A stretch of 63,461 nt of DNA, the filler included, from Caldilineae bacterium (GTDB lineage: Bacteria; Chloroflexota; Anaerolineae; DTLA01): NCBI GenBank assembly GCA_037446815.1. It is 5 parts of 5 records of this genome, joined end to end, with 100 filler letters (N's around TTAATTAATTAA, not from the genome) between each part and the next. Parts side by side here need not be neighbours in the genome. Positions count along the whole stretch, not along the records: positions 25,869 to 38,401 come from JBBIHX010000076.1; 4 more parts are not named here. The stretch is one strand, 5' to 3'. A program made the translations under genes and the position numbers. The notes below the pieces were generated by a model. The model had not been told where the DNA came from and did not search any database. It worked only from the letters and a program-made list of their open reading frames with translations. Below, piece by piece: positions 28,405-38,054 of the stretch. The first letter of the stretch is position 1. Each line of letters begins with the position of its first letter.

Positions 28405-30462
28405 TTAGGCTGCGCGCTCTATGATGGCGCGCGCGATCTCCGGCGACACCTGCGCGTAGTGATGGAACTCCATCGTGAACACGCCGCGTCCCTGCGTCTT
28501 GGAGCGCAGAATGGTGGCATAGCCGAACAGGTTCGCCAGCGGTACATGCGCCACGACGACGTTGGCGCCGTCGCGCGGCTCCATGCCGATGAGGCTCCCG
28601 CGGCGCATATTTAGGTCTCCGATGACCTCGCCGGTGTACTCTTCGGGGGTTACCACTTCCAGTTGCATGATGGGCTCCAACAGCACAGGCCCCGCCTTGC
28701 GCGCTCCCTCGCGGATGGCGAAGGACGCGGCGGTGCGGAAGGCCATGTCGGACGAGTCCACCTCATGGTAGTTGCCGTCCACGAGGGTAACTTTGATGTC
28801 CACCATCGGGTTCTGGGCCAGCACGCCGCGCTCCATTCCGTCGCGGATGCCCGCTTCAATGGCGGGGACGAACTTGCGCGGGATGGACGTGCCGCGCAGA
28901 CGGTCCTCAAACTGATAGCCGGTCCCAGGGGGCAGCGGCTCCATCTCAAAGATGACGTGGGCGAATTGCCCGTGCCCACCGGTCTGGCGAACCAGGCGGT
29001 ACTCGGTCGTTACCGGCTTGGTGATGGTCTCGCAGTAGGCGACGCGAGGTTCACTCACGTTGGCGCGGACGTTGAACTCGCGCCGCAGCCGATCCACGAA
29101 TACGTCCAGATGCAGTTCGCCCATGCCGGACAAGATGGTCTCGCCAGTGCGCTCGTCCTGGCGGAGGTGGATGGTAGGGTCTTCGTCGGCAAGTCGGGCC
29201 AGCGCCACGCCCAGTTTTGCCTCATCCGCTCGCGACGCGGGGGCGATGGCGATGGAGATGACGGGCGTCGGGAAGGCGATTTTTTCCAGCACGACGGGGC
29301 GGGCGGGATCGCAAAGGGTGTCGCCCGTGGACGCGGCCTTGAAGCCGAGGATGGCGCCGATGTCCCCCGTAGAGATGACGTCCACCTCTTCGCGGCGGTC
29401 GGCGTGCATGCGCACCAGCCGGCCCACGCGCTCCTTCTGCCCCGCGACGGGGTTGTAGTACGTCTCGCCCTTGCGGATGCTGCCCGAGTAGACGCGGATG
29501 AAGACGAGCCGCCCCATGTAGGGGTCCGTCGTGATTTTGAATGCCAGGGCCGCGGTGGGCTCGTCGGCGCGCGGGTAGCAGACCACCGGCTCGTCCGTCT
29601 CGGGCGACGTGCCTTCAATGGCTGCCATGTCGGAGGGCGCAGGCAGGTAGGCGAGGATGGCGTCCAGCAGGGGCTGGATTCCCTTGTTCTTCGCCGCGCT
29701 GCCGCACAGGAACGGGATGGCCTTTCCGGTCAGAGTTGCCGTGCGGAGGGCCGCCGTGAGTGTGGCCGCGTCCAGGTCCTGGCCTTCCAGGTAGCGCTCG
29801 GCGATGGCATCGTCCACATCGGCGAGTTGCTCAATCATCCGCTCGCGCCAGGCCAGGGCCTCGGCCTCAAGGGCGGGTGGAAGGGGGCCATCCAGCGGCT
29901 GCCCGTCCGCGTCAAAGCGGATGGCCTTCATGGACAGGAGATCCACAACGCCTTCAAACGATGCCTCGGCGCCGATGGGCATCTGCACCGCGATAGGGTT
30001 GCAGGACAGGCGACGGCGTACCATATCCAGCACGCGCGCGAAATTCGCCCCCGTTCGGTCCATCTTGTTGACAAACCCGATGCGCGGCACGCCGAATCGG
30101 TCGGCCTGACGCCACACGGTCTCGGATTGGGGCTCTACGCCCGCCACACCGTCAAATACAACTACGCCGCCATCCAGAACGCGAAGGGAGCGCTGGACTT
30201 CGGCAGTGAAGTCAATGTGGCCTGGGGTGTCAATGATGTTGATTTGATGTCCGCGCCAGTTACAGGTAACGGCGGCGGATTGGATGGTGATGCCACGCTC
30301 CCGTTCCTGGGGCAGGAAGTCGGTAACCGTTGTGCCCTCGTCCACGCTGCCAAGACGGTAGGTCTGGCCCGTGTGGTACAGGATGCGCTCGGTGGTCGTC
30401 GTTTTTCCTGCGTCTATGTGGGCGATAATGCCGATGTTTCGGATTTGATTCAGTTCAGCCAT
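28405..30462 (-). CDS. fusA: Elongation factor G paralog outside the str operon
   Basis: AHIDAGKTT, ERERGITI, DTPGHIDF, NKMD, GMGELHL, YHEVDSS; no rpsG or tuf neighbours. Confidence 0.92.
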   Translation of the reverse strand: MAELNQIRNIGIIAHIDAGKTTTTERILYHTGQTYRLGSVDEGTTVTDFLPQERERGITIQSAAVTCNWRGHQINIIDTPGHIDFTAEVQRSLRVLDGGVVVFDGVAGVEPQSETVWRQADRFGVPRIGFVNKMDRTGANFARVLDMVRRRLSCNPIAVQMPIGAEASFEGVVDLLSMKAIRFDADGQPLDGPLPPALEAEALAWRERMIEQLADVDDAIAERYLEGQDLDAATLTAALRTATLTGKAIPFLCGSAAKNKGIQPLLDAILAYLPAPSDMAAIEGTSPETDEPVVCYPRADEPTAALAFKITTDPYMGRLVFIRVYSGSIRKGETYYNPVAGQKERVGRLVRMHADRREEVDVISTGDIGAILGFKAASTGDTLCDPARPVVLEKIAFPTPVISIAIAPASRADEAKLGVALARLADEDPTIHLRQDERTGETILSGMGELHLDVFVDRLRREFNVRANVSEPRVAYCETITKPVTTEYRLVRQTGGHGQFAHVIFEMEPLPPGTGYQFEDRLRGTSIPRKFVPAIEAGIRDGMERGVLAQNPMVDIKVTLVDGNYHEVDSSDMAFRTAASFAIREGARKAGPVLLEPIMQLEVVTPEEYTGEVIGDLNMRRGSLIGMEPRDGANVVVAHVPLANLFGYATILRSKTQGRGVFTMEFHHYAQVSPEIARAIIERAA

Positions 30463-30489
30463 GCGTGATTTTCACCTCGGTTTCGGGCG

Positions 30490-30541
30490 CAAAACAAAGG
30501 CAGTAGCGCAACGCGATACAGATTTGCTACTGCCTTTCCAT
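30490..30541 (-). terminator. Leader terminator/attenuator upstream of the fusA paralog, with uORF MERQ*
   Basis: Minus strand AAAGGCAGTAGC-loop-GCTACTGCCTTT followed by GTTTT; uORF 30541-30527 overlaps the 5' arm. Confidence 0.6.
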
Positions 30542-30573
30542 TGCAACAGCGCGCTATTTGGTTTTGCAACGCC

Positions 30574-30602
30574 ATTGTATGAGGTTTTGCCCAAAATGTC
30601 AA
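30574..30602 (-). promoter_or_regulatory. Sigma70 promoter of the fusA paralog
   Basis: TTGACA-17-TACAAT on the minus strand. Confidence 0.75.
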
Positions 30603-30640
30603 ATCTTTGGCGGGGGCAACTCGGTTCCACGTGGGACCGT

Positions 30641-31033
30641 AACCGCGAATAACACGAATACACGCGAATAAGGGTTCGGCAGTATCCACGGATGGCGCGG
30701 ATTGCACGGATGGGGCGAAGTAGAGCAACTTGCCAAGTTGCTCTACGAGATTCTTCGCGGCTTCGCGCCCCAGAATGGCAGACCCACAACCGCGAATAGC
30801 GCGAATCCACGCGAATGGGGGAACGTGCGACGCACCTCCGAGATGCGTCGGGCGTTATCGCCCCATTCTGTTGTCATGCTGAGCCGAAGGCGAAGCATCC
30901 CGGGGATGGGATTCTTCGCGGCTTTGCCGCTCAGAATGACAGATTGCCGACGGCGAGGGGGCGACGCCCTCACCCCAGCCCTCTCCCGGCGGGCGAGGTG
31001 GCGTGGTCGCGCGGGGCTAAAGCCGCCGCGCTA
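30641..31033. repeat. Mosaic REP-like cluster
   Basis: At least seven module types shared with other intergenic regions. Confidence 0.8.
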
Positions 31034-31234
31034 AGGGTGGGTTCTTGGAGGACGCAGCCCGGTCCTGTCAACCTGAGCGGCGCGAAGGGGCTCGGGTTGC
31101 GAGGTTCTTCGCAGCTTCGCCGCTGGAATACGGTTGCTACGGGTGAAGCGGAGCGGTTGATGTCGGAGGGGTCTCGCGACGCATGTACGGGCGACCAGCC
31201 GGTTGCCTGTACACTACTAGGCCGCCCCCTGCCC

Positions 31235-31263
31235 TTGACGTAACGCGCCGTTGGCGGTATAGT
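31235..31263 (+). promoter_or_regulatory. Sigma70 promoter of the patatin operon
   Basis: TTGACG-17-TATAGT. Confidence 0.6.
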
Positions 31264-31308
31264 CAGGGCGACCGCGAACACATGATGGTGCTGTTGGAGC
31301 GAACGGAG

Positions 31309-32142
31309 ATGCGAACTTGCCGGGTGGGCTTGACATTGTCAGGCGGGGGCGTGCGCGGCTTCGCCCACATCGGCGTGCTGAAGGCGCTGGAGGCGCGAGG
31401 CTGGCGTCCTGACGTGCTCACGGGCACCAGCATGGGGGGCATCGTCGCCGCGGCCTACGCCTCGGGCATGAGTGTGGTGGAAATGGAGCGGGAGGCCGTG
31501 GCACTCACGAGCCTGAGCCGCCTGGCTCGTCTTCTGGACCGGCGGCCGACGCCCACGGGCCTGATTGCGGGCGATCGTTTGCTCCAGTACTTTCGGACGA
31601 AACTGCGGGGCGCTCGCTTTGAGGAGTTGCGAGTGCCGCTGGGGCTGATGGCCGTGGACTGCGAGACGGGGGAGCAAGTGGTGCTGCGCGCGGGGGATGT
31701 GGCGCTGGCCGTTCGCGCGACGATGGCGTTCCCGGGGGTTTTCGCGCCGGTGGAGATTGATGGGCGCACGCTTGTAGATGGAGGCGCGTCCGACAATCTG
31801 CCGGTGGCGCTGGCCAAGGAGATGGGAGCCGAGCACGTGGTGGCGGTGGACGTGTGCCCGCGTGGTGCGCCGTGCATGGGAGGCGAAAACACGGAGGATG
31901 GCACATCGCTGGTGCCGGCGCCGCGGCTCATGGCGCTGATGCAGCGGGGGTTTGACCTCATCATGGCGACGCTGACCGATTTGCGCCTTCAGCAGTGCCC
32001 GGCCGACGTGGTGATTCGGCCTGCGGTGCCCGCGAGCGTCGGTACCTTCACCGGCTTCACGCGCATTCCGGAGTGCATCGCTGCGGGGGAGGCAGCGGTG
32101 CGAGAACAGGAAGAGGCGCTGCGTCGCGTGTTTGAGGGGTAG
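31309..32142 (+). CDS. Patatin-like phospholipase (RssA/NTE family)
   Basis: SGGGVRGFAHIG, GTSMG, VDGG; start may be 31282. Confidence 0.92.
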   Translation: MRTCRVGLTLSGGGVRGFAHIGVLKALEARGWRPDVLTGTSMGGIVAAAYASGMSVVEMEREAVALTSLSRLARLLDRRPTPTGLIAGDRLLQYFRTKLRGARFEELRVPLGLMAVDCETGEQVVLRAGDVALAVRATMAFPGVFAPVEIDGRTLVDGGASDNLPVALAKEMGAEHVVAVDVCPRGAPCMGGENTEDGTSLVPAPRLMALMQRGFDLIMATLTDLRLQQCPADVVIRPAVPASVGTFTGFTRIPECIAAGEAAVREQEEALRRVFEG

Positions 32143-32147
32143 GCCGC

Positions 32148-33824
32148 ATGTTTGACCTGCGCCGACGCTACCGCAACCTGGGCCGATACCGAGAAATCGT
32201 CCGCATCCTGGTGCGCCACGGGTTTCTCAACGTTGTGGAGCAATTGGGGATCGCGGGGTATGCGCCGTGGCCCCTGCGCCTGGCGCCAGACTATGCAGCA
32301 CAAGACCGGCGCACCACCGAAGCCAGGGTGCGCCAGGCGATTGAGGAACTGGGGCCCACATTTGTGAAGTTGGGGCAGATTGTGTCCACGCGGCCCGACT
32401 TGGTTCCGCCCGCGCTGGTTGCGGAGTTGGTCAAGTTGCAGGATGCCGTCGCGCCGGCCCCGTGGGACTCCATTCGGGCGTGCGTGGAAGGCGAACTCGG
32501 CGCCCCGATTGAGGATGTGTTTGCCTCCTTTGACGAGCAACCGTTGGCCGCGGCATCGCTGGGCCAGGTTCATGCAGCGGTACTGCGTTCCGGCGAGGAT
32601 GTGGTCGTCAAGGTGCAGCGCCCTGGGATTGAGGACACCATCGCCGCGGATTTGGATATTCTCGCGGACTTGGCCACCCTGGCGCGGGAACGCACCCGCT
32701 GGGGACAGGTGTACGACTTCCCGACCATCGTGGATGATTTTGCCTACACGCTGCGGGCCGAGTTGGACTATGTGCGGGAAGGGCGGAATGCGGAGCGCTT
32801 CCGCGCCTACTTTGCGGACGACCCTGCGGTACATGTGCCCAAGGTTTTCTGGGCGCACACGACCCGCCGCGTCCTTACGCTGGAGCGGCTTCGGGGGATT
32901 CGCATTGACGACCTGGACGCCCTGGGTCGCGCGGGCGTGGATCGGCAGGCGCTGGCAGAAGAAGCGGCGCGGATCGTGATCCGAGAGGTCTTTGACCTGG
33001 GCTGCTTCCATGCAGATCCTCATCCGGGGAACTTCTTCGTACTTGAAGATGGAGCCATCGGCGCGATGGATTTCGGGATGGTGGGGTATATCAATCCTGC
33101 CGACCAGATTCGCCTGGCGCGCCTGTTTGTCGCTGCCGTCCGCCGCGATACGGACGCGGTGGTGGACGAATTGATACGAATGGAAGCGGTCGGGTATGGG
33201 GTGAATCGCGGGGCCCTGCAGCGCGATCTGGATCGGCTTGTGCACAAGTACCAGGACATGCGCCTGGGCGAGGTGCATGCGGCCGAACTGTGGGATGACA
33301 TCCTTCCGGTGGTGTTCCGCCATCGGGTGCGCTTGCCGTCCGAGTACTGGTTGCTCGCGAAGGCGCTGGTGATGATGGAGGGGTTGGGAGCGAAGTTAGC
33401 GCCGGATTTTAGCATCTTGGTTGTGGCGCAGCCCTACGTGCGGGATTTGTCGGCGCGCCTGGTGTCTCCGACCGCCATCTTCGGTCGGGCTACGTCGGGG
33501 TTCCAGGATTGGTTGGAACTGCTCTTGTACCTGCCGGCGCATGTGCCCAGGATGCTGGATCGGCTTGAGCGCGGCGACTTGCGGCTGGGGGTGCGTCTGG
33601 ACGATGTGCGGGAGGCGCTTCAGCGGGTAGACCGCACCATGACGCGCCTGTCGGTGAGCATTGTTGTGGGAGCGCTGGTCATCGCCTCGGCCATCCTCGG
33701 GGCGGTGGCGCTGTGGGGGCAATCGCCGATATGGGCGGCAGTGGGCAGCGCCGTGGGGGTGCTGACGGCTGTGGCCTTCGGGCTGTGGCTCGCCTACGCA
33801 TCGTGGCGCGCGGGACGCCGTTGA
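32148..33824 (+). CDS. AarF/ABC1/UbiB-family atypical kinase
   Basis: ELGPTFVKLGQ, AAASLGQVH, VVVKVQRP, FHADPHPGN, DFGM; C-terminal TMs. Confidence 0.93.
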   Translation: MFDLRRRYRNLGRYREIVRILVRHGFLNVVEQLGIAGYAPWPLRLAPDYAAQDRRTTEARVRQAIEELGPTFVKLGQIVSTRPDLVPPALVAELVKLQDAVAPAPWDSIRACVEGELGAPIEDVFASFDEQPLAAASLGQVHAAVLRSGEDVVVKVQRPGIEDTIAADLDILADLATLARERTRWGQVYDFPTIVDDFAYTLRAELDYVREGRNAERFRAYFADDPAVHVPKVFWAHTTRRVLTLERLRGIRIDDLDALGRAGVDRQALAEEAARIVIREVFDLGCFHADPHPGNFFVLEDGAIGAMDFGMVGYINPADQIRLARLFVAAVRRDTDAVVDELIRMEAVGYGVNRGALQRDLDRLVHKYQDMRLGEVHAAELWDDILPVVFRHRVRLPSEYWLLAKALVMMEGLGAKLAPDFSILVVAQPYVRDLSARLVSPTAIFGRATSGFQDWLELLLYLPAHVPRMLDRLERGDLRLGVRLDDVREALQRVDRTMTRLSVSIVVGALVIASAILGAVALWGQSPIWAAVGSAVGVLTAVAFGLWLAYASWRAGRR

Positions 33825-33868
33825 GCCTGGCGGCGAACGGAGCAGGAGACTCGTAGCATGGAGGAGCC

Positions 33869-34444
33869 ATGAGGACGCACGCGGTCATCGGTCTGATACT
33901 TGTGTCGCTCGTTATGGCAGGCGGTTGCGGTGGTCAGACTCCGCAGGCGACCCCGATGCCTACGGGAACGCCTGCGGCGTCTCCGATGCCGGTGGTTGCG
34001 CGCACGCCGACGCCCAGCCCGACTGCGGTGGCCGGCGTCTCCCCGACGCCCAGCAGCACGCCCGAGGCCACGGCGCTCCCGACAGACCTAGAGGTTACGT
34101 GGGGCGAATGGTGGTACGAGGGGGAGTATCTGGCGAACCCGGAAAAGTACCCCGCCGACCCCGTTTATCACGATCGGAGTTTCAACATCCGCGTTGCCAT
34201 TCGCAATCGGTCTTCAGAGGTTCTCCCCGGGGATGTCCTGCCGGTTTTCTACCTCACGGATGGCGAAGGCGAGCGTCCGGTCATCACCTGGTACTACAGC
34301 GCCGACGATTTGCGCCCCCTGAAGCCCGGGGAGAAGAAGGAAGCGGTGTTTCGCGCCCTGACCTACGCCCCGGAGCAGTGGATTGCTCGGGCCGAGATTC
34401 AGTGGCGCGGCCAGGTATGGGCGAAGGCGTTTCCGAAGCGGTAG
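33869..34444 (+). CDS. Hypothetical lipoprotein with Pro/Thr linker
   Basis: SD GGAGGAG; MAGGC lipobox-like; PT-rich linker. Confidence 0.7.
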   Translation: MRTHAVIGLILVSLVMAGGCGGQTPQATPMPTGTPAASPMPVVARTPTPSPTAVAGVSPTPSSTPEATALPTDLEVTWGEWWYEGEYLANPEKYPADPVYHDRSFNIRVAIRNRSSEVLPGDVLPVFYLTDGEGERPVITWYYSADDLRPLKPGEKKEAVFRALTYAPEQWIARAEIQWRGQVWAKAFPKR

Positions 34445-34476
34445 GATAGGCGGGCATCCTGTTGGGTGGGTTTCGC

Positions 34477-36186
34477 TCACTCCGCCGCGATGACGGGAAG
34501 CCAGAGCCTGCGGGTCGGGCCGGGCGTGGCGGTAGGCGTCGGCGTGGGAGATGGCGTAGCGGTCGGCGACGGTGTGGCCGTTGGCGTGGGCGTTGGTGAA
34601 GGTGTGGCCGAGGCGTCCGTTCCCCGGAGGATGAGTCCGTAGGGCGCGTATTCCAGGGGCACGGTGGCGGGATCGCTCACATTGGCGACCAGCACGTACA
34701 GTTCGTCGTAGCGCGGGGGATACGCGGCGGACTCCGGCGGGATGGGGTCCAGGCGCATGGGTATAGGAGTGGTCTCGGTCGCGAATCCCGCACGCCCCAA
34801 CCAGGTGCCGATGAGGCGAGCCTGGGCGGATGGGGAGTACCCGCTGGCGGCTACCTGGCCGGTCTCCGCGATGATCCGCAGGCCGTCGCAGGCGAGCGGC
34901 TGCACGCCATCAGGAGGAACGTAGGCCTTTTCCCCATCGGCAATGGAGACAGTTCCCTCGGTTACTGCATGCCCCGCACGGTCTCGGTACAGGAGCGCGT
35001 CGGCATAGCATACGGGGCTTGAGGCGAGTTCGCACGGGATAAGGAGCACGTTGGCGCAGCAGAAGGACAGGAACGTTTCGCCAAAATCGGCGCCGCGCGC
35101 CTGCAAGGTTGCGCGGATGACGGTTGTGGAGAAATCGCCCTGGAGCGGTACGGCGCGCTCCCACATTTCACGCATTGCTGCTTGCCCGCCGCCGTGCTCT
35201 TCAACGTACTGGAACAGCAGCCACGAAGCGTAGTAGTTCTGCGGGTCCACCAGCGAGCGATCAGGAGCCGCGAAGAGTCTGGGCAGGTAGCCCACATTGT
35301 CGTCTATGTCGTCGTAGACTTGGTCTTCCATCCATGTTGCGGTCCCCTCCATGAGCCAGCGGCGCGCGTCAAATCCGTCGGCAGCCGCATTGTAGCCGAA
35401 CTGGATGGCATGCTGATACTCATGCGCGGCGGTAACCTGAAGCAGCGTCGGGGACAGGCGGCTGTGAAGCATGATGTAACTTGTGCGCGCGAAGGGCTCT
35501 ACGATATGGGGCGAATGCTCATTGTCTCCTTTGATGGCCTCGGGGAATGTGAGTCCGTCCACGGAGAGGTTGGCGAGGTAGACATCGTACAGGGGGGAGC
35601 CCGGGTCGGTGTTGTCGTCGGAGGGAGGGTCCAGCCAGCCGAGCGCATCCACCTGCACCTGGCGCGAGTGTTCCATCGCTTCCGCCGCAGCCTCTACGTA
35701 GTCGGGGATTCCATCGGCGTCGCCGTCGGCGCTGTCCACAGCATCGGCGCCCGCGAGGGTGTAGTGGATAAGGAAGTGCGCAGTGGTCAAGGTGTGTTCG
35801 GGTCCGCTGAGGGATGGGCGCGTGTCGGCTCGCGTGAGGTTGCGCGCGCCTGCGGCGACGGGCCACTCGGCGATGGCTGCGCGGGCCCATAGCGACAGGG
35901 TCTGCCAGCGGGCCTCGGCCTCTGCCAGCACGGGCGTGCCGCACTTGCCGCGATGGCCGAGACTGAACGGCGGGGGCAGCCGCTCGGGAGCGAACAGGGC
36001 CGTAACGCCGAGGGCCAGGGCCTCATCCTCGGAGATCGCGCCCCGCTCCACCGCGTCCTGAATGCGATCCCAGTACGAGGATGCCGGATGCCGAAGGGGA
36101 GGGCGCGGATTGGCGGCGGAGGCCGTTCCCAGGATGCCCAGAACGGCGAGGAGAATTCCCATGCGGATGGCGATGGTTTTGAGCAC
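34477..36186 (-). CDS. Secreted zinc metalloprotease (MXAN_6640-like) with C-terminal LWLPVI tail
   Basis: Signal peptide, KCGT, HFLIHYT, AHEYQHAIQ...WLMEGTATW, PT linker. Confidence 0.8.
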   Translation of the reverse strand: MLKTIAIRMGILLAVLGILGTASAANPRPPLRHPASSYWDRIQDAVERGAISEDEALALGVTALFAPERLPPPFSLGHRGKCGTPVLAEAEARWQTLSLWARAAIAEWPVAAGARNLTRADTRPSLSGPEHTLTTAHFLIHYTLAGADAVDSADGDADGIPDYVEAAAEAMEHSRQVQVDALGWLDPPSDDNTDPGSPLYDVYLANLSVDGLTFPEAIKGDNEHSPHIVEPFARTSYIMLHSRLSPTLLQVTAAHEYQHAIQFGYNAAADGFDARRWLMEGTATWMEDQVYDDIDDNVGYLPRLFAAPDRSLVDPQNYYASWLLFQYVEEHGGGQAAMREMWERAVPLQGDFSTTVIRATLQARGADFGETFLSFCCANVLLIPCELASSPVCYADALLYRDRAGHAVTEGTVSIADGEKAYVPPDGVQPLACDGLRIIAETGQVAASGYSPSAQARLIGTWLGRAGFATETTPIPMRLDPIPPESAAYPPRYDELYVLVANVSDPATVPLEYAPYGLILRGTDASATPSPTPTPTATPSPTATPSPTPTPTATPGPTRRLWLPVIAAE

Positions 36187-36262
36187 GCGAGTCCTCTCGG
36201 GAAGGTTGGCCCATTGTATAGCGGAAGCCGCCTTGCCGTCAACTGGCCTGTGGGGAGAACCC

Positions 36263-36413
36263 GAGTCGGTTTCATCTTGCGTTGGTCTGCCCCGCGCGCC
36301 GCCTCCCTACTCTGTCATGCTGAGCCGAAGGCGAAGCATCTCGGGCAGCGAGATTCTTCGCGGCTTCGCCGCTCAGAATGACGGTAGGTGCCAACAGACT
36401 TTGGAGTCGAGAA
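36263..36413. mobile_element. MITE/REPIN-like element with imperfect TIRs
   Basis: GAGTCGGTTTCATCTTGCGTTGGT ... GCCAACAGACTTTGGAGTCGA enclosing REP families A and B. Confidence 0.6.
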
Positions 36414-36486
36414 TCCGTGCGGTTTGCGCAGCGCTGAGCATCGGAGTACACTGGGACGCTCAACAAACTTCGCCGGATAGACGCAG

Positions 36487-37884
36487 ATGGACGACGGGAC
36501 CGAAGTTCGCCTCGCTACCAAGATCTCAATCATAGAAGGCATGTTCTGGCAAGTGTATGCCACGCTTGCAGCGCCTGGCAGCGTATTCCTGACCAAGTTC
36601 GCCGTGATGCTTGGCGCGACGCCCTTTCAATTCGGCGTCCTCTCGGCCATCGGACAGGTGTCGCAGGTGTTTCAGCCCCTGGGCTCGGCTATCACCCGCA
36701 CGATGACTTCGCGCAAACGCATTGTGGTTTCGCTGATTTCGTGGGGGCGTGCGGTGGCGTTCTTGTACGCGCTGCTGCCCTTCGTGCTGCCGACAGAAAT
36801 GGCCATGTGGGCATTTCTCGCCCTGTTTCTGGTGGCTACGTCCCTACAGGCGGTGGGCGGGAACATCTGGATCGGATGGATTTCTGACCTTATCCCGATG
36901 GAGAAGCGGGGGCGGTTCTTTGCGGTTCGTTCACAGTATCTGATGCTTGTGGGCTTGGTAACGGGCTACGTGTTCAGCGCCATCCTGGATCCATTTGACG
37001 CGCCGCGCACCGGTTTCGCCCAGGCAGTTGCCGGGGCGCTGGGCAGCCCAGAATGGTTGTCGCCCGAGCGCTTGCCTTACGCCTTCGTCGCGGTGATGGC
37101 GCTGGCGGCCACGCTGGGGCTCGTCGGGGCGCGCATCCTGATGCGGCAGCCGGAGCGCCCCAAGCCTGTGGAGACCGAGGGTTTCCGCGATGCGGTCGCG
37201 AATTCCCTCCGCGATCGGAATTTCTGCCGCCTCCTCCTGTACGGTTCGTGGTGGATGTTGGCCGTGGGCGTCGGTGGGCCGTTCTGGGGGCCGTTCATGA
37301 TCAAGAAACTGGGGATGTCGCTGGTCTCTATTCAAGTTTACGGGATGATCCAGACGCTGGCGGCGGTTGTATCCGTGCGACCCTGGGGGGCGTTCATAGA
37401 CCGGTTCGGCAACAAGGCGGCGATGCGCATCGCCATCGTCATGGGCGGCATCAACCCGCTGGTATGGTTATTCGCGACGCCCGAGAATCACGGCTTTCTG
37501 TACGTGGAGGCAGCCACGTCGGGGGTGATGTGGGCAGGCGCGGGCGTCGTGGCCTCAAATTTCGTGCTGTCCATTGCCCCCGCCGCAAGACGGCAGATGT
37601 ACTCCGGCCTCTTCGGGGCTGTCTCGGGCTTCGCCATGATGTTGACGCTGTTGGCTTCGGGCGCGTTCCTCCCGTCGGAGTTGACCTTGTTGGGGCTGCA
37701 TCTGCAACCGGAGCAGGTGCTCTTCGGGCTTGGGGGACTCTTGCGGTGGAGCACCCAAATCCCCCTGTCGTGGGTGCGGGAGCCGGGCACATCGTCGGTG
37801 CGGGCGGCGATGGGGGAAGTGCGCCGGGCCGCAGGCGACTGGCTGTCGCGGCGCCTGACCCGGGCCGCGCGCAGAAGGCCGTAG
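36487..37884 (+). CDS. MFS transporter
   Basis: ~12 TMs; WISDLIP..RGRFF, WGAFIDRFGNK (motif A-like). Confidence 0.85.
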   Translation: MDDGTEVRLATKISIIEGMFWQVYATLAAPGSVFLTKFAVMLGATPFQFGVLSAIGQVSQVFQPLGSAITRTMTSRKRIVVSLISWGRAVAFLYALLPFVLPTEMAMWAFLALFLVATSLQAVGGNIWIGWISDLIPMEKRGRFFAVRSQYLMLVGLVTGYVFSAILDPFDAPRTGFAQAVAGALGSPEWLSPERLPYAFVAVMALAATLGLVGARILMRQPERPKPVETEGFRDAVANSLRDRNFCRLLLYGSWWMLAVGVGGPFWGPFMIKKLGMSLVSIQVYGMIQTLAAVVSVRPWGAFIDRFGNKAAMRIAIVMGGINPLVWLFATPENHGFLYVEAATSGVMWAGAGVVASNFVLSIAPAARRQMYSGLFGAVSGFAMMLTLLASGAFLPSELTLLGLHLQPEQVLFGLGGLLRWSTQIPLSWVREPGTSSVRAAMGEVRRAAGDWLSRRLTRAARRRP

Positions 37885-38019
37885 GCGGTTCCCCGCCATG
37901 CTGGGTTTAGGGCGAGGCATCTCGTCAGCGAGGTTCTTCGCCCGCCGCCGCTGCGCATGTACAGGCGAGCGGCCGCCCGCCTGTACATGCGGCTCTGACC
38001 CCGCACGCGCTGCGCGAAT

Positions 38020-38048
38020 TTGACAGGGCGCGACAATCGTGATATAAT
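38020..38048 (+). promoter_or_regulatory. Consensus sigma70 promoter with no downstream protein gene
   Basis: TTGACA-17-TATAAT with extended TG. Confidence 0.85.
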
Positions 38049-38054
38049 GCACAA

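Noticed and set aside
28663..30468. 601-aa plus-strand ORF and other long antisense ORFs (5760-7247, 47237-49168, 61844-63160)
   Set aside because: Antisense shadows of well-supported genes in high-GC DNA.
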